Shown here: positions 17,225 through 24,439 of the stretch, in pieces
Layout of the letters: every line of letters starts with the position of its first letter
How positions within the stretch are numbered: the first letter of the stretch is position 1
Source of the DNA: Candidatus Omnitrophota bacterium
Lineage (GTDB): Bacteria > Omnitrophota > Gorgyraeia > Zapsychrales > Fredricksoniimonadaceae
Direction: 5' to 3'
Length of the DNA: 40,275 nucleotides
Assembly: GCA_043775535.1 (NCBI GenBank)
Contig: JAYVSG010000076.1
Coordinates: 1-40,275, forward strand
Translations under genes and position numbers: made by a program
Notes under the pieces: model-generated
Told to the model about the DNA's origin: nothing
The model's database searches: none
What the model saw: the letters and a program-made list of their open reading frames with translations, nothing else

Positions 17225-17252
17225 AAGATACCACATCCAAGGTCATTGTCAA
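17225..17252 (-). promoter_or_regulatory. Candidate sigma70-type promoter for the 1168-aa gene
   Basis: Minus strand reads TTGACA (17252-17247), 16-nt spacer, TATCTT (17230-17225). About 90 nt upstream of ATG 17134. Confidence 0.35.
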
Positions 17253-17313
17253 GAGGATGGCATGAACGTAACATATTACATACCAGCATTTTAAGAATAT
17301 ATTAAAAACGTTA

Positions 17314-17342
17314 TTGAAAAAAGCGCTTTCTGACGCTAAAAT
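17314..17342 (+). promoter_or_regulatory. Candidate promoter placed only 9 nt before the ATG (possible leaderless mRNA)
   Basis: TTGAAA (17314-17319), 17-nt spacer, TAAAAT (17337-17342). ATG at 17352. No Shine-Dalgarno in between. Confidence 0.35.
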
Positions 17343-17351
17343 CTGCTGGTA

Positions 17352-17768
17352 ATGATGACCCTTGCCCAAAAGACCGCGGTCGCCGCACTTATCCTGTCTG
17401 CCTCCATCAGCCTTTTCCAATTGACCGGCCGCAGCATAGTCCAAGAACAAAAGCCTGCAGGAATGCCGCTGCACAGCCTGGCCGACCAATTCAGGGGCTT
17501 GGAGAAGGTCTTTAACGGACTTCCCCGGGCCGGGTATTACTCTGACAAAAACATGGATATCCCGGTGGCCATTGCCCAATTCGAGCAGGCCCAATATATA
17601 TTGGCCCCGACGGTATTGGAACTCAATAACACATCCCTGCCCCTGATCATCTTTGACTGCACGAGCCCGGCGATCGCCATGGCCAAGATCAAGGAGCTGG
17701 GCCTTAAGCCTTTATCCGCCAGTAATACCGGGATCATCCTGGCTATTAACCCCGCGTTCGAGAAATAA
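17352..17768 (+). CDS. Small exported protein, function unknown
   Basis: 138 aa. N-terminal hydrophobic signal-like segment MMTLAQKTAVAALILSASISLF. Its stop lies 1 nt before the next ATG. Confidence 0.6.
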   Translation: MMTLAQKTAVAALILSASISLFQLTGRSIVQEQKPAGMPLHSLADQFRGLEKVFNGLPRAGYYSDKNMDIPVAIAQFEQAQYILAPTVLELNNTSLPLIIFDCTSPAIAMAKIKELGLKPLSASNTGIILAINPAFEK

Positions 17769-17769
17769 G

Positions 17770-18981
17770 ATGCTGAAAATATTATTGACCATTGCTTTGG
17801 GATTGGGGATCGCAGGCCACGGAGCATTCTACAGCCATATCGCCCTCAACATACATAACCGCGTCCTGCCGCTCGTCCTGACAGGCATCCTGGGCTGGGC
17901 ATGCTGGCAGTGGGCCGTAAAAGCGTCATTCCCGTGCAAACGGGAATCCAAAAATGGACCCTCGATAAAAACATTCGGGGGTGACAACATAGTTGGGCTG
18001 ACCATCTTGGTCATCCTCGGCATTTTCCTCTGGCTTGAAGCCAAGCATTATCCTATAGGCGGCTGGGATGCCTGGTCCTGTTGGAACCTGAAAGCCAAAT
18101 TCATTTTCTTAGGCGGCGAACGCTGGAAGGACATGCTCGACCCGCTGCTGTGGCGCAGCAATACGCAATACCCACTGCTGCTGCCGTCGATCAATGTGTG
18201 GTTCTGGGACATTCTAGGCGGCGCACCCCAATGGGTGCCGATGCTCAACAGCATCGCCTTTACCCTGCTCTCCGCCGGCATCCTGCTGTTCTCCTTGAAG
18301 CGTGCGTCCAAACAATGGCTCGTGCCCTGCCTCATGACCCTGGCTGTATTTGCCCTGCCCTTCAATGTGACGCTTGGAATCAGCCAATACAGCGATGTAC
18401 TCGTCGGGCTATATCTCCTCTGCTCCTTCGTCTGCTTATTATCCGAAGAGCTTGTCCTGTGCGGACTTTTCCTTGGTCTCTTAAGCTTCACCAAGACCGA
18501 AGGAATGCTGGCGGCCGGCATATTAGGCGCCCTGGTCGTGCTCAAACATAAAAAGAACTCTCTTCCCTTTATTGCCGCCTTTGCCATTGCCGCCCTGCCC
18601 ACAGTGATCTTCCAATTGTGCTTCGCCCCCAAGAACGAGGCCTTCATCAACGGACTCTTCTCGACGGTCAAACCATCGACATGGGACCGCCTAGAGACCA
18701 TCGCAAGCTATACGGTAACGGAATTGGCCAGCCTGAAATGGAACGGCCTATGGCTGGTATTGATCGGCGGCGTGGCAGCGTGCGGCAAGAAAGCCTGGTC
18801 CCCGCATGGCAGGATGATGGGGCTGTGCCTGGCGGCATACCTGCTGATGGTGCTGGGATATTACTACGTGAATACCTTCTTCGAGATAGGCTGGTGGATG
18901 CAGAACACGCTCAACCGCGTGCTGTTCGCAATGCTGCCGAGCGCAATGCTCTGGCTGGGCCTCTCCCTCTCTAAAAAATAA
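17770..18981 (+). CDS. Polytopic membrane protein, GT-C-like putative glycosyltransferase
   Basis: Trimmed from ORF 17653..18981 to ATG 17770 (MLKILLTIALGLGIAGHG). About 10 or more hydrophobic helices. The family assignment (ArnT/PMT-like) is tentative. Confidence 0.6.
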   Translation: MLKILLTIALGLGIAGHGAFYSHIALNIHNRVLPLVLTGILGWACWQWAVKASFPCKRESKNGPSIKTFGGDNIVGLTILVILGIFLWLEAKHYPIGGWDAWSCWNLKAKFIFLGGERWKDMLDPLLWRSNTQYPLLLPSINVWFWDILGGAPQWVPMLNSIAFTLLSAGILLFSLKRASKQWLVPCLMTLAVFALPFNVTLGISQYSDVLVGLYLLCSFVCLLSEELVLCGLFLGLLSFTKTEGMLAAGILGALVVLKHKKNSLPFIAAFAIAALPTVIFQLCFAPKNEAFINGLFSTVKPSTWDRLETIASYTVTELASLKWNGLWLVLIGGVAACGKKAWSPHGRMMGLCLAAYLLMVLGYYYVNTFFEIGWWMQNTLNRVLFAMLPSAMLWLGLSLSKK

Positions 18982-19172
18982 TTTAGGGACACCCACCGTA
19001 ACCCTAATTCATATTTCTAAAGGATAGTTCGGGTCATTCTGAACGAGGCCGATATGTGAGCTGTGCTGTAGCGAAGGCCAGCCACAGCTCACAGTGAGGC
19101 CGAGTGAGGAATGGCCCGAACTGTCCTGTCAGGGATAATTAAGGTTACGGTGGGTGTCCCTAAATTATTTTT
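18974..19172. repeat. 199-bp compound nested palindrome: 36-bp terminal inverted repeats (copy 2 of the 25-nt repeat family) around a structured 127-bp core
   Basis: aaaaataatttagggacacccaccgtaaccctaatt (18974-19009) against its inverted copy at 19137-19172, with 1 mismatch. Inner stems: aggatagttcgggtcattc / gaatggcccgaactgtcct, and tgtgagctgtgctg / cagccacagctcaca. GAGGCCGA occurs twice as a direct repeat. Lies between convergent genes and probably also acts as a bidirectional terminator. Confidence 0.85.
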
Positions 19173-19644
19173 CGCGTTTGATCTTCTTGATCTTGTATTT
19201 GAGGGTACCGGCGGGGACTTTGATGTCCAGGGTCTCTCCGGCTTTGTGGCCCAGGAGGCCTTTGCCGATGGGGGAGAAAATGGAGATCTTGTTCTCTTCG
19301 TAACTGGCCTCTTCGGGAGAGACCAGCATATAGGTCAGTTCTTCGTCATTGTCCAGGTCGAGCAGGGTCACAATGGCGCCGATGAACACCTTGTCTGAAG
19401 GGATGTTCTCATTCTCGATGATACGCACGTTCGAGAGCTTGCCTTCCAGCTCGGCGATCCTGGCCTCGTTATACCCCTGGGCTTCCTTGGCCGCATCATA
19501 CTCCGCGTTCTCGGAAATATCACCCTGGGCACGCGCCTCACCGATCGCCTTGGCGATCTTCTGGCGCTCCGTGGTCTTTAGGGCTTCCAGCTGCTCTTGC
19601 AACTTGTGGAACCCTGCTCTGGTCAAATAAACTTCACCGGCCAT
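19165..19644 (-). CDS. greA: Transcription elongation factor GreA
   Basis: 159 aa. YLTRAGFHKLQEQLEALK...RQKIAKAIGEARAQGDISENAEYDAAKEAQ is the canonical GreA N-terminal coiled coil. GGAG upstream of the ATG. Confidence 0.95.
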   Translation of the reverse strand: MAGEVYLTRAGFHKLQEQLEALKTTERQKIAKAIGEARAQGDISENAEYDAAKEAQGYNEARIAELEGKLSNVRIIENENIPSDKVFIGAIVTLLDLDNDEELTYMLVSPEEASYEENKISIFSPIGKGLLGHKAGETLDIKVPAGTLKYKIKKIKREK

Positions 19645-19659
19645 GTCAAACTCTCCTAG

Positions 19660-19709
19660 ATTCCCGCGAGCAACTGCGAGTGTCGGTCAATACGACCTTT
19701 CGCGGGAAT
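19660..19709 (-). promoter_or_regulatory. Hairpin immediately upstream of the greA ribosome-binding site
   Basis: attcccgcga (19660-19669) pairs perfectly with tcgcgggaat (19700-19709). An inner gtcg/cgac stem is present. No U-tract follows on the minus strand. Confidence 0.35.
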
Positions 19710-19716
19710 AACAATA

Positions 19717-19947
19717 TTACATTGTTGCGATGGCTTTCATCATGATGGGAACAGCAGCCTGTGCCTCGTCCTTGGTCAGACGGCCAAGCTTGGTAAAGCT
19801 CCAAGCACCGTCGATCAAATTCTCACGCGTGATCTGCAGTTTCTTGGGGGCGCCATTATAAGAAAAGACGCCGACGGTAACACGGGTGTTCTCGAAATCG
19901 ATCACTTCTTTGAACGTGGCTGCATCTAAAGTTGCATCGTAAGGCAT
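19717..19947 (-). CDS. Small PC4/YdbC-like putative ssDNA-binding protein
   Basis: 76 aa. FSYNGAPKKLQITRE ... FTKLGRLTKDEA resembles the bacterial YdbC/PC4 pattern as I recall it. AGGA RBS. Confidence 0.5.
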   Translation of the reverse strand: MPYDATLDAATFKEVIDFENTRVTVGVFSYNGAPKKLQITRENLIDGAWSFTKLGRLTKDEAQAAVPIMMKAIATM

Positions 19948-19961
19948 GGTGTTCCTTTCGT

Positions 19962-20255
19962 TTACATCCCTGGTAAATTAAGACCTGGAATATTCCTCAT
20001 TTTGGTCGCGGCCGCCTGCTGCGACTTCTTGACACCATTATTGAAACTCTTCAAAAGGTCCATCTGGATGCGGTTCTTGGTACCCGGCGCCAAAAGGTTT
20101 TCATCGATCTCAATGGACTGCAGGATCTGCGCGCCATTCATGACCATCTTGATGCCGCGGGCCTCATTGATCTCGATCAGCGTGGCTTCCAGTTCTTTTT
20201 TAAGGACGTCCGCCTTCTTCTTCAGCTCCATCAATTCTTTTACTTTGTCGAACAT
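19962..20255 (-). CDS. ybaB: YbaB/EbfC-family nucleoid-associated protein
   Basis: 97 aa. MFDKVKELMELKKKADVLKKELE ... C-terminal IPGLNLPGM, typical of the family. Confidence 0.9.
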   Translation of the reverse strand: MFDKVKELMELKKKADVLKKELEATLIEINEARGIKMVMNGAQILQSIEIDENLLAPGTKNRIQMDLLKSFNNGVKKSQQAAATKMRNIPGLNLPGM

Positions 20256-20287
20256 CTTCTGTTTCTCCCTATTGATTGAATGTATAT

Positions 20288-20316
20288 TTTATACATTAAC
20301 TTCTTTTGTTTTGCAA
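20288..20316 (-). promoter_or_regulatory. Candidate promoter for ybaB/PC4-like/greA with an overlapping palindrome
   Basis: Minus strand reads TTGCAA (20316-20311), 17-nt spacer, TATAAA (20293-20288). The 8-bp perfect inverted repeat aatgtata-ttt-tatacatt (20279-20297) overlaps the -10. Confidence 0.4.
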
Positions 20317-20319
20317 GGA

Positions 20320-20613
20320 TTACTGGAATCTCATGGCCAGGTCGTACATGGTCTTGACCAGGAACTGTTTCAAGAATACGATCGCGAAGAAAGCGATCAG
20401 CGGCGACAGGTCAAAGCTCAACGGCGGCAGCATCCGGCGTATGGGTTCAAGCACCGGCTCGGTGGTGCGCTGCAGGAACTGCACTACGGGGTTGAACGGG
20501 TCTGGATTGACCCAGCTGATCAGGGCACGGAACAGGATCAGCCAATACAGCACCGTTAACGCGATGTTGACCAAGTACGCAAGTGCACTTAAAAAATTGC
20601 CCAGAACGAACAT
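20320..20613 (-). CDS. yggT: YggT-family membrane protein
   Basis: Trimmed to ATG 20613 with AGGAGG upstream. ILFRALISWVNPDPFNPVVQFLQRTTEPVLEPIRR is the YggT signature. Confidence 0.8.
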   Translation of the reverse strand: MFVLGNFLSALAYLVNIALTVLYWLILFRALISWVNPDPFNPVVQFLQRTTEPVLEPIRRMLPPLSFDLSPLIAFFAIVFLKQFLVKTMYDLAMRFQ

Positions 20614-20630
20614 ATCCAGAACCTCCTGCG

Positions 20631-21224
20631 CTAGAATATTTTGAACAGGTCCCCGTCGACCAATTTCTGCTCGACGCGGTTGATTACGCGCCGCGTCTTG
20701 TGGGAAATGTACTTCCATTCCCCGACCACACTGTTGATCCCCTCGCTGGTTTCCTGCAGGGACAGGGCGGTGCGTGTGATGACACCGGCCATGTCCTCCA
20801 CATCCAGCGGGTCCTCCCCGATGATGGGCTTGCTCACGTCAAACAACTTGCGGCTGCGGTCCTCGCTGATCTCAACCAGCTTCTGCCCCAGGACGCCCTC
20901 CGTCTTGATATTGATGCGGGAACCTTTGCGCAGCTGGAACTCATACTTCTTATAGATATTGAGCGTCACCTTCAGGCTGCGGCCTTCAATGGGTTCATCC
21001 AGGAAATCCACATCCCCGACCATCCCGACATTGATGCCGGAGATGCGGATAGGTGCGCCTTCGACCAGCCCCCCGACCTCATTGAAGAGGGCGATGATCT
21101 GGAACTTGGGTTTGCTTAAACCGCGGTCCATGCCGATGAAGAACACGCTGACACCGACCAACACGATACCCGCCAGGAAGAAAAGGCCTGCCGCGATCTT
21201 CTTAATATCCGAATTTTTGTCCAT
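20631..21224 (-). CDS. mlaD: MlaD (MCE-domain) protein
   Basis: 197 aa. N-terminal TM helix, then the MCE domain FNEVGGLVEGAPIRISGINVGMVGDV. Confidence 0.85.
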   Translation of the reverse strand: MDKNSDIKKIAAGLFFLAGIVLVGVSVFFIGMDRGLSKPKFQIIALFNEVGGLVEGAPIRISGINVGMVGDVDFLDEPIEGRSLKVTLNIYKKYEFQLRKGSRINIKTEGVLGQKLVEISEDRSRKLFDVSKPIIGEDPLDVEDMAGVITRTALSLQETSEGINSVVGEWKYISHKTRRVINRVEQKLVDGDLFKIF

Positions 21225-21238
21225 ACATTCTCCGCAGT

Positions 21239-21958
21239 TTAGGCATACAAGAATTCATGCACGAACGGCGCCTTATTGGCGCGCAACTCTTCCTTTGTCC
21301 CCATGGCCGCGATCTGCCCTTCGTTCAAGAGCACCAGGCGGTCCGCAATACGGAACGAATTCTCAATATCATGGGACGTGATCACGGTCGTGGCCTTGAT
21401 CTTCCGGGCCACGCTCTTGATCAAATTGGAAATGTCCCGGCTGCGAATGGGGTCAAGGCCGGAGGTCGGCTCGTCGCACAAAAGGATCTTTGCCCCAAGC
21501 ACGATCGCACGCGCCAGGCCCACACGCTTCTTCATGCCCCCGCTTAACTCTGAGGGCATCTTATTCTCAACCTCTTCAAGGTCCACCATGGCCAAGACAT
21601 CCCGAACACGTTCCTTGATCTGGACCAACGGCCATTTGGTATGCTCACGCAAAGGAAAAGCGATGTTATCAAACACGTCCATGAAATCGTATAAAGCACC
21701 CTCTTGGAAAAGGTAGCCCATGCTCTTGCGCACTTCCAATAATTCTTCAGGCTTCAGGCGGCAGATGTCCACCCCGTCAATGAGCACCCGCCCGCTGTCC
21801 GGGGCCATCAGGCCGATCAGGTGTTTCAACAGTACGCTCTTGCCCGTACCGCTGGGGCCCAGCACCGCGAGGATCTCACCGGAGGCGACATCGAGGCTGA
21901 TATTATCCAGAACCTTCTGCCCCCCGAATGCCTTGCTTAAAGATTCGACCTTAATCAT
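21239..21958 (-). CDS. mlaF: ABC transporter ATP-binding protein, MlaF-like
   Basis: Trimmed to ATG 21958 (MIKVESLSKAFGG). Walker A GPSGTGKS, signature LSGGMKKR, Walker B LLCDEPTSGLD. Confidence 0.9.
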   Translation of the reverse strand: MIKVESLSKAFGGQKVLDNISLDVASGEILAVLGPSGTGKSVLLKHLIGLMAPDSGRVLIDGVDICRLKPEELLEVRKSMGYLFQEGALYDFMDVFDNIAFPLREHTKWPLVQIKERVRDVLAMVDLEEVENKMPSELSGGMKKRVGLARAIVLGAKILLCDEPTSGLDPIRSRDISNLIKSVARKIKATTVITSHDIENSFRIADRLVLLNEGQIAAMGTKEELRANKAPFVHEFLYA

Positions 21959-22298
21959 TTGCGCGGCGCTCAAAATAACGGTATTTACCCCGGGCGAATT
22001 TGGTATAAATGCGCTCATAGGGCTTGGCATCGACCTTCTCGACGAAGATCTGCACGTCCTTGTACTCACCGATCTGGAACACTTCCGAATCCATCAGCAC
22101 CTCGACATCATCCACGGGGAACCAGGACTTTCCCTCGAAGACAATGGGTTCGCCGTTCCTGACCCAGGAGGCCTCGATCACAGGCGCAGGATAACTCTGC
22201 AATTGCCCGATATTACCTGAATTCCGGGCACAGCCCGCACACATACATAATACAAACATCCCAATGACAGACAACATGCTCTTCATGATCAACCCCAT
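21951..22298 (-). CDS. Small lipoprotein of unknown function, inserted between mlaE and mlaF
   Basis: 111-115 aa. Signal peptide plus lipobox MKSMLSVIGMFVLCMCAGC. An alternative ATG at 22286 lies just past the mlaE stop. The 3' end overlaps the mlaF start by 8 nt. Confidence 0.6.
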   Translation of the reverse strand: MGLIMKSMLSVIGMFVLCMCAGCARNSGNIGQLQSYPAPVIEASWVRNGEPIVFEGKSWFPVDDVEVLMDSEVFQIGEYKDVQIFVEKVDAKPYERIYTKFARGKYRYFERRAND

Positions 22299-23047
22299 AA
22301 CGTTAAAATGATCTTAGTAAGTACCACATTCGACACGATGATGCTGATATAGGAATACGCCACAGCGGTGGTGGTGAAACGCCCCACCCCGACGGAACCC
22401 CCCTTGGTAAAGAACCCCTGGTAACAGCATATCCAGGCCACGATGACCGAAAAGAAAAAGGTCTTGATAAAACCGCTGAAAAAATCCACATAGCCGATGG
22501 CCTTCAAGGTCTCACGGATGTAGAACGTTCCGGGCAAATGTGCCTCATTGACCCCGATCATGTAACCGCCGGCAATGCCGACAATCTCGGAAATGATAAC
22601 CAGGACAGGCAAGACCAGGACACAGGCCAGAAAACGCGGCACCACAAGATACGCGACGGGGTTGACCCCCATGGCCTGGGTCGCCTGGATCTGCTCATTG
22701 GTGTTCATCGTACCAAGCTCGGCGGTCATGCCCGCGCCTGCCTTGCCGGAAAAGATGAGCGCCGTGAACACCGGCCCCAATTCTCTTACCAGCGACAGGC
22801 CCACCAGCGGCGCGATGAATTCCTTGGCCCCAAAGCGGTTGAGCGTCGTATACCCCTGCAGGGCCAAGACCATGCCGGAGGCCAGCGACGTCAGGATGAC
22901 AATGATCACCGACTGAACACCCTGGGCATACATTTGGGCCATCACGTCCGATGCACGCGCCTTGCCCCGAAAGATGATCTTCAGGATCTCCCCGAGGAAG
23001 AATATGGCCTCACCGATATGGACAAAGAAAGACCTTACTTGATCCAA
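22289..23047 (-). CDS. mlaE: MlaE-family ABC permease
   Basis: 252 aa (TTG start). LVRELGPVFTALIFSGKAGAGMTAELGTMNTNEQIQA..MGVNPVAYLVVPRFLA is the MlaE core. Confidence 0.9.
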   Translation of the reverse strand: MDQVRSFFVHIGEAIFFLGEILKIIFRGKARASDVMAQMYAQGVQSVIIVILTSLASGMVLALQGYTTLNRFGAKEFIAPLVGLSLVRELGPVFTALIFSGKAGAGMTAELGTMNTNEQIQATQAMGVNPVAYLVVPRFLACVLVLPVLVIISEIVGIAGGYMIGVNEAHLPGTFYIRETLKAIGYVDFFSGFIKTFFFSVIVAWICCYQGFFTKGGSVGVGRFTTTAVAYSYISIIVSNVVLTKIILTLWG

Positions 23048-23520
23048 AGCCTCTCCAATTCTTTATTGATCTGATCCGCCTGAGTCATGTTCACCTTCTG
23101 TCCTTCTGACACACCCGGATTTGACGCCTTGCCTGCCGCGCGCTTGAACAGGCTCTCAGCGAATTCCTTGACGCCCAAGACCCTGGCGCCGAGCGCACGC
23201 ACGTACAATCTTATCCCTTTATCATCACTGACAACCACGAAATTCTTGGGGTCCCGGGCGCAGTCCACGATATTCTTGATGCATTCATCCGCATTCTGGC
23301 CGTCGGAAAAGATCACCTTGATCTCCCCGCCGCCCATGCCGCCGAAATGGCCGGGCTGACCGTCAAAGATCACCGTCATCCGGTTGCGGGCGCTGCCCTG
23401 CGCACGCGCTGCGTTCAACCAGCGCAGCAACCCCTCGCGCCTGGCTTCAAGACTGCCGTTTGCCAACCCCGGAGCCTGGTGGATGATGTTGTATCCGTCC
23501 AGAAGATAATGTAACGACAT
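23035..23520 (-). CDS. NYN/PIN-like YacP-family putative RNase
   Basis: 161 aa. YLLDGYNIIH N-terminus, VIFDG, VVVSDD. Confidence 0.7.
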   Translation of the reverse strand: MSLHYLLDGYNIIHQAPGLANGSLEARREGLLRWLNAARAQGSARNRMTVIFDGQPGHFGGMGGGEIKVIFSDGQNADECIKNIVDCARDPKNFVVVSDDKGIRLYVRALGARVLGVKEFAESLFKRAAGKASNPGVSEGQKVNMTQADQINKELERLWIK

Positions 23521-24439
23521 AGAATAACCCGCCCAACAGGCCCACCATCACCATGAAACCGAAATTAACAAGACTTAAACCCGTTGCCACACTGTCCCTG
23601 ACACCGACCGTTGAAAGTAAACTCACCCATCCTATTTCACGCACGCCCAGGCCGCCAATCGAAGGCAGGGCGGTCACCACACAGACGATGGGTGAAAAGA
23701 TGATGAAGTACATCAGGTCGATGTCCTGGTGCATGCCTTTGGCGGTCAGGTAGAACACCCCGGCCAGGACGATCTGGGCGGCTATGGAAAGGCCTAGGGC
23801 TTCCCATGCCAGGCGCTGCCTGCCTTTGAGCAGCAGGATGTCCTCATGCATGTTCATCAGTGCGTCCCTCACCTTGGGCAGTCGCGCAAAAAGGCCGCAG
23901 ACAAATGAAAAGATGCGATGGCTGAACAAGACGATCGCGAGCGATGCCGACACAGCGGTCATGGCCAGGATGGCCAGGACGACCCCGTGATGCTGCACGA
24001 TGCCCCTGCCGAAAAAAAGAGCCGTTGCCGCAAGGATGACGATACCGGCAAATCCGGTCAGGCGGTCCAGCACGATCGAGGCAAAGACCTTGGGCCTGTC
24101 GCCAGTGACCTTGGCCAACCCCAAACCCTTGACCACATCGCCGCCCACCGACGTAGGCAGGCATAAATTATAAAAAAGACCGATGAAAAACCAGCGCATC
24201 GCGCTCAAATGACCGACCTTAAGCCCCACGGCATGCATCAACAATTCCCAGCGCCAGAGGATGATGAAATTGATCGAGAAAAAAACAATAAAGGCGGCCG
24301 CCATATACCTAAGGTCTGACTGCTTCACCGCTTCCCAGGTGTGCACATAATCGATCTTGGAAAACAGCCATCCAAGCAGGATGGCGCTCAGGCCAAAACG
24401 CAAAAAGAAACCGAACATGCTTTTCAGCGGTTCCTTCAT
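23447..24439 (-). CDS. Flippase-like membrane protein (UPF0104 / MprF transmembrane-domain family)
   Basis: 330 aa, about 8 TM helices. LPTSVGGDVVKG and ALPSIGGLGVREIG motifs. The 3' end overlaps the next gene by 74 nt. Confidence 0.7.
   Translation of the reverse strand: MKEPLKSMFGFFLRFGLSAILLGWLFSKIDYVHTWEAVKQSDLRYMAAAFIVFFSINFIILWRWELLMHAVGLKVGHLSAMRWFFIGLFYNLCLPTSVGGDVVKGLGLAKVTGDRPKVFASIVLDRLTGFAGIVILAATALFFGRGIVQHHGVVLAILAMTAVSASLAIVLFSHRIFSFVCGLFARLPKVRDALMNMHEDILLLKGRQRLAWEALGLSIAAQIVLAGVFYLTAKGMHQDIDLMYFIIFSPIVCVVTALPSIGGLGVREIGWVSLLSTVGVRDSVATGLSLVNFGFMVMVGLLGGLFYVVTLSSGRIQHHPPGSGVGKRQS

Noticed and set aside
17202-17594. 130-aa minus-strand ORF spanning the AT-rich intergenic region and the 5' end of the 17352 gene
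   Set aside because: It overlaps a better-supported plus-strand gene and candidate promoters. Its composition is implausible and it has no RBS.
18986-19010. Telomere-like CCCTAA/TTAGGG string inside the 25-nt repeat
   Set aside because: It is a single hexamer, not a tandem array, in a bacterial gene context. I consider it coincidental.
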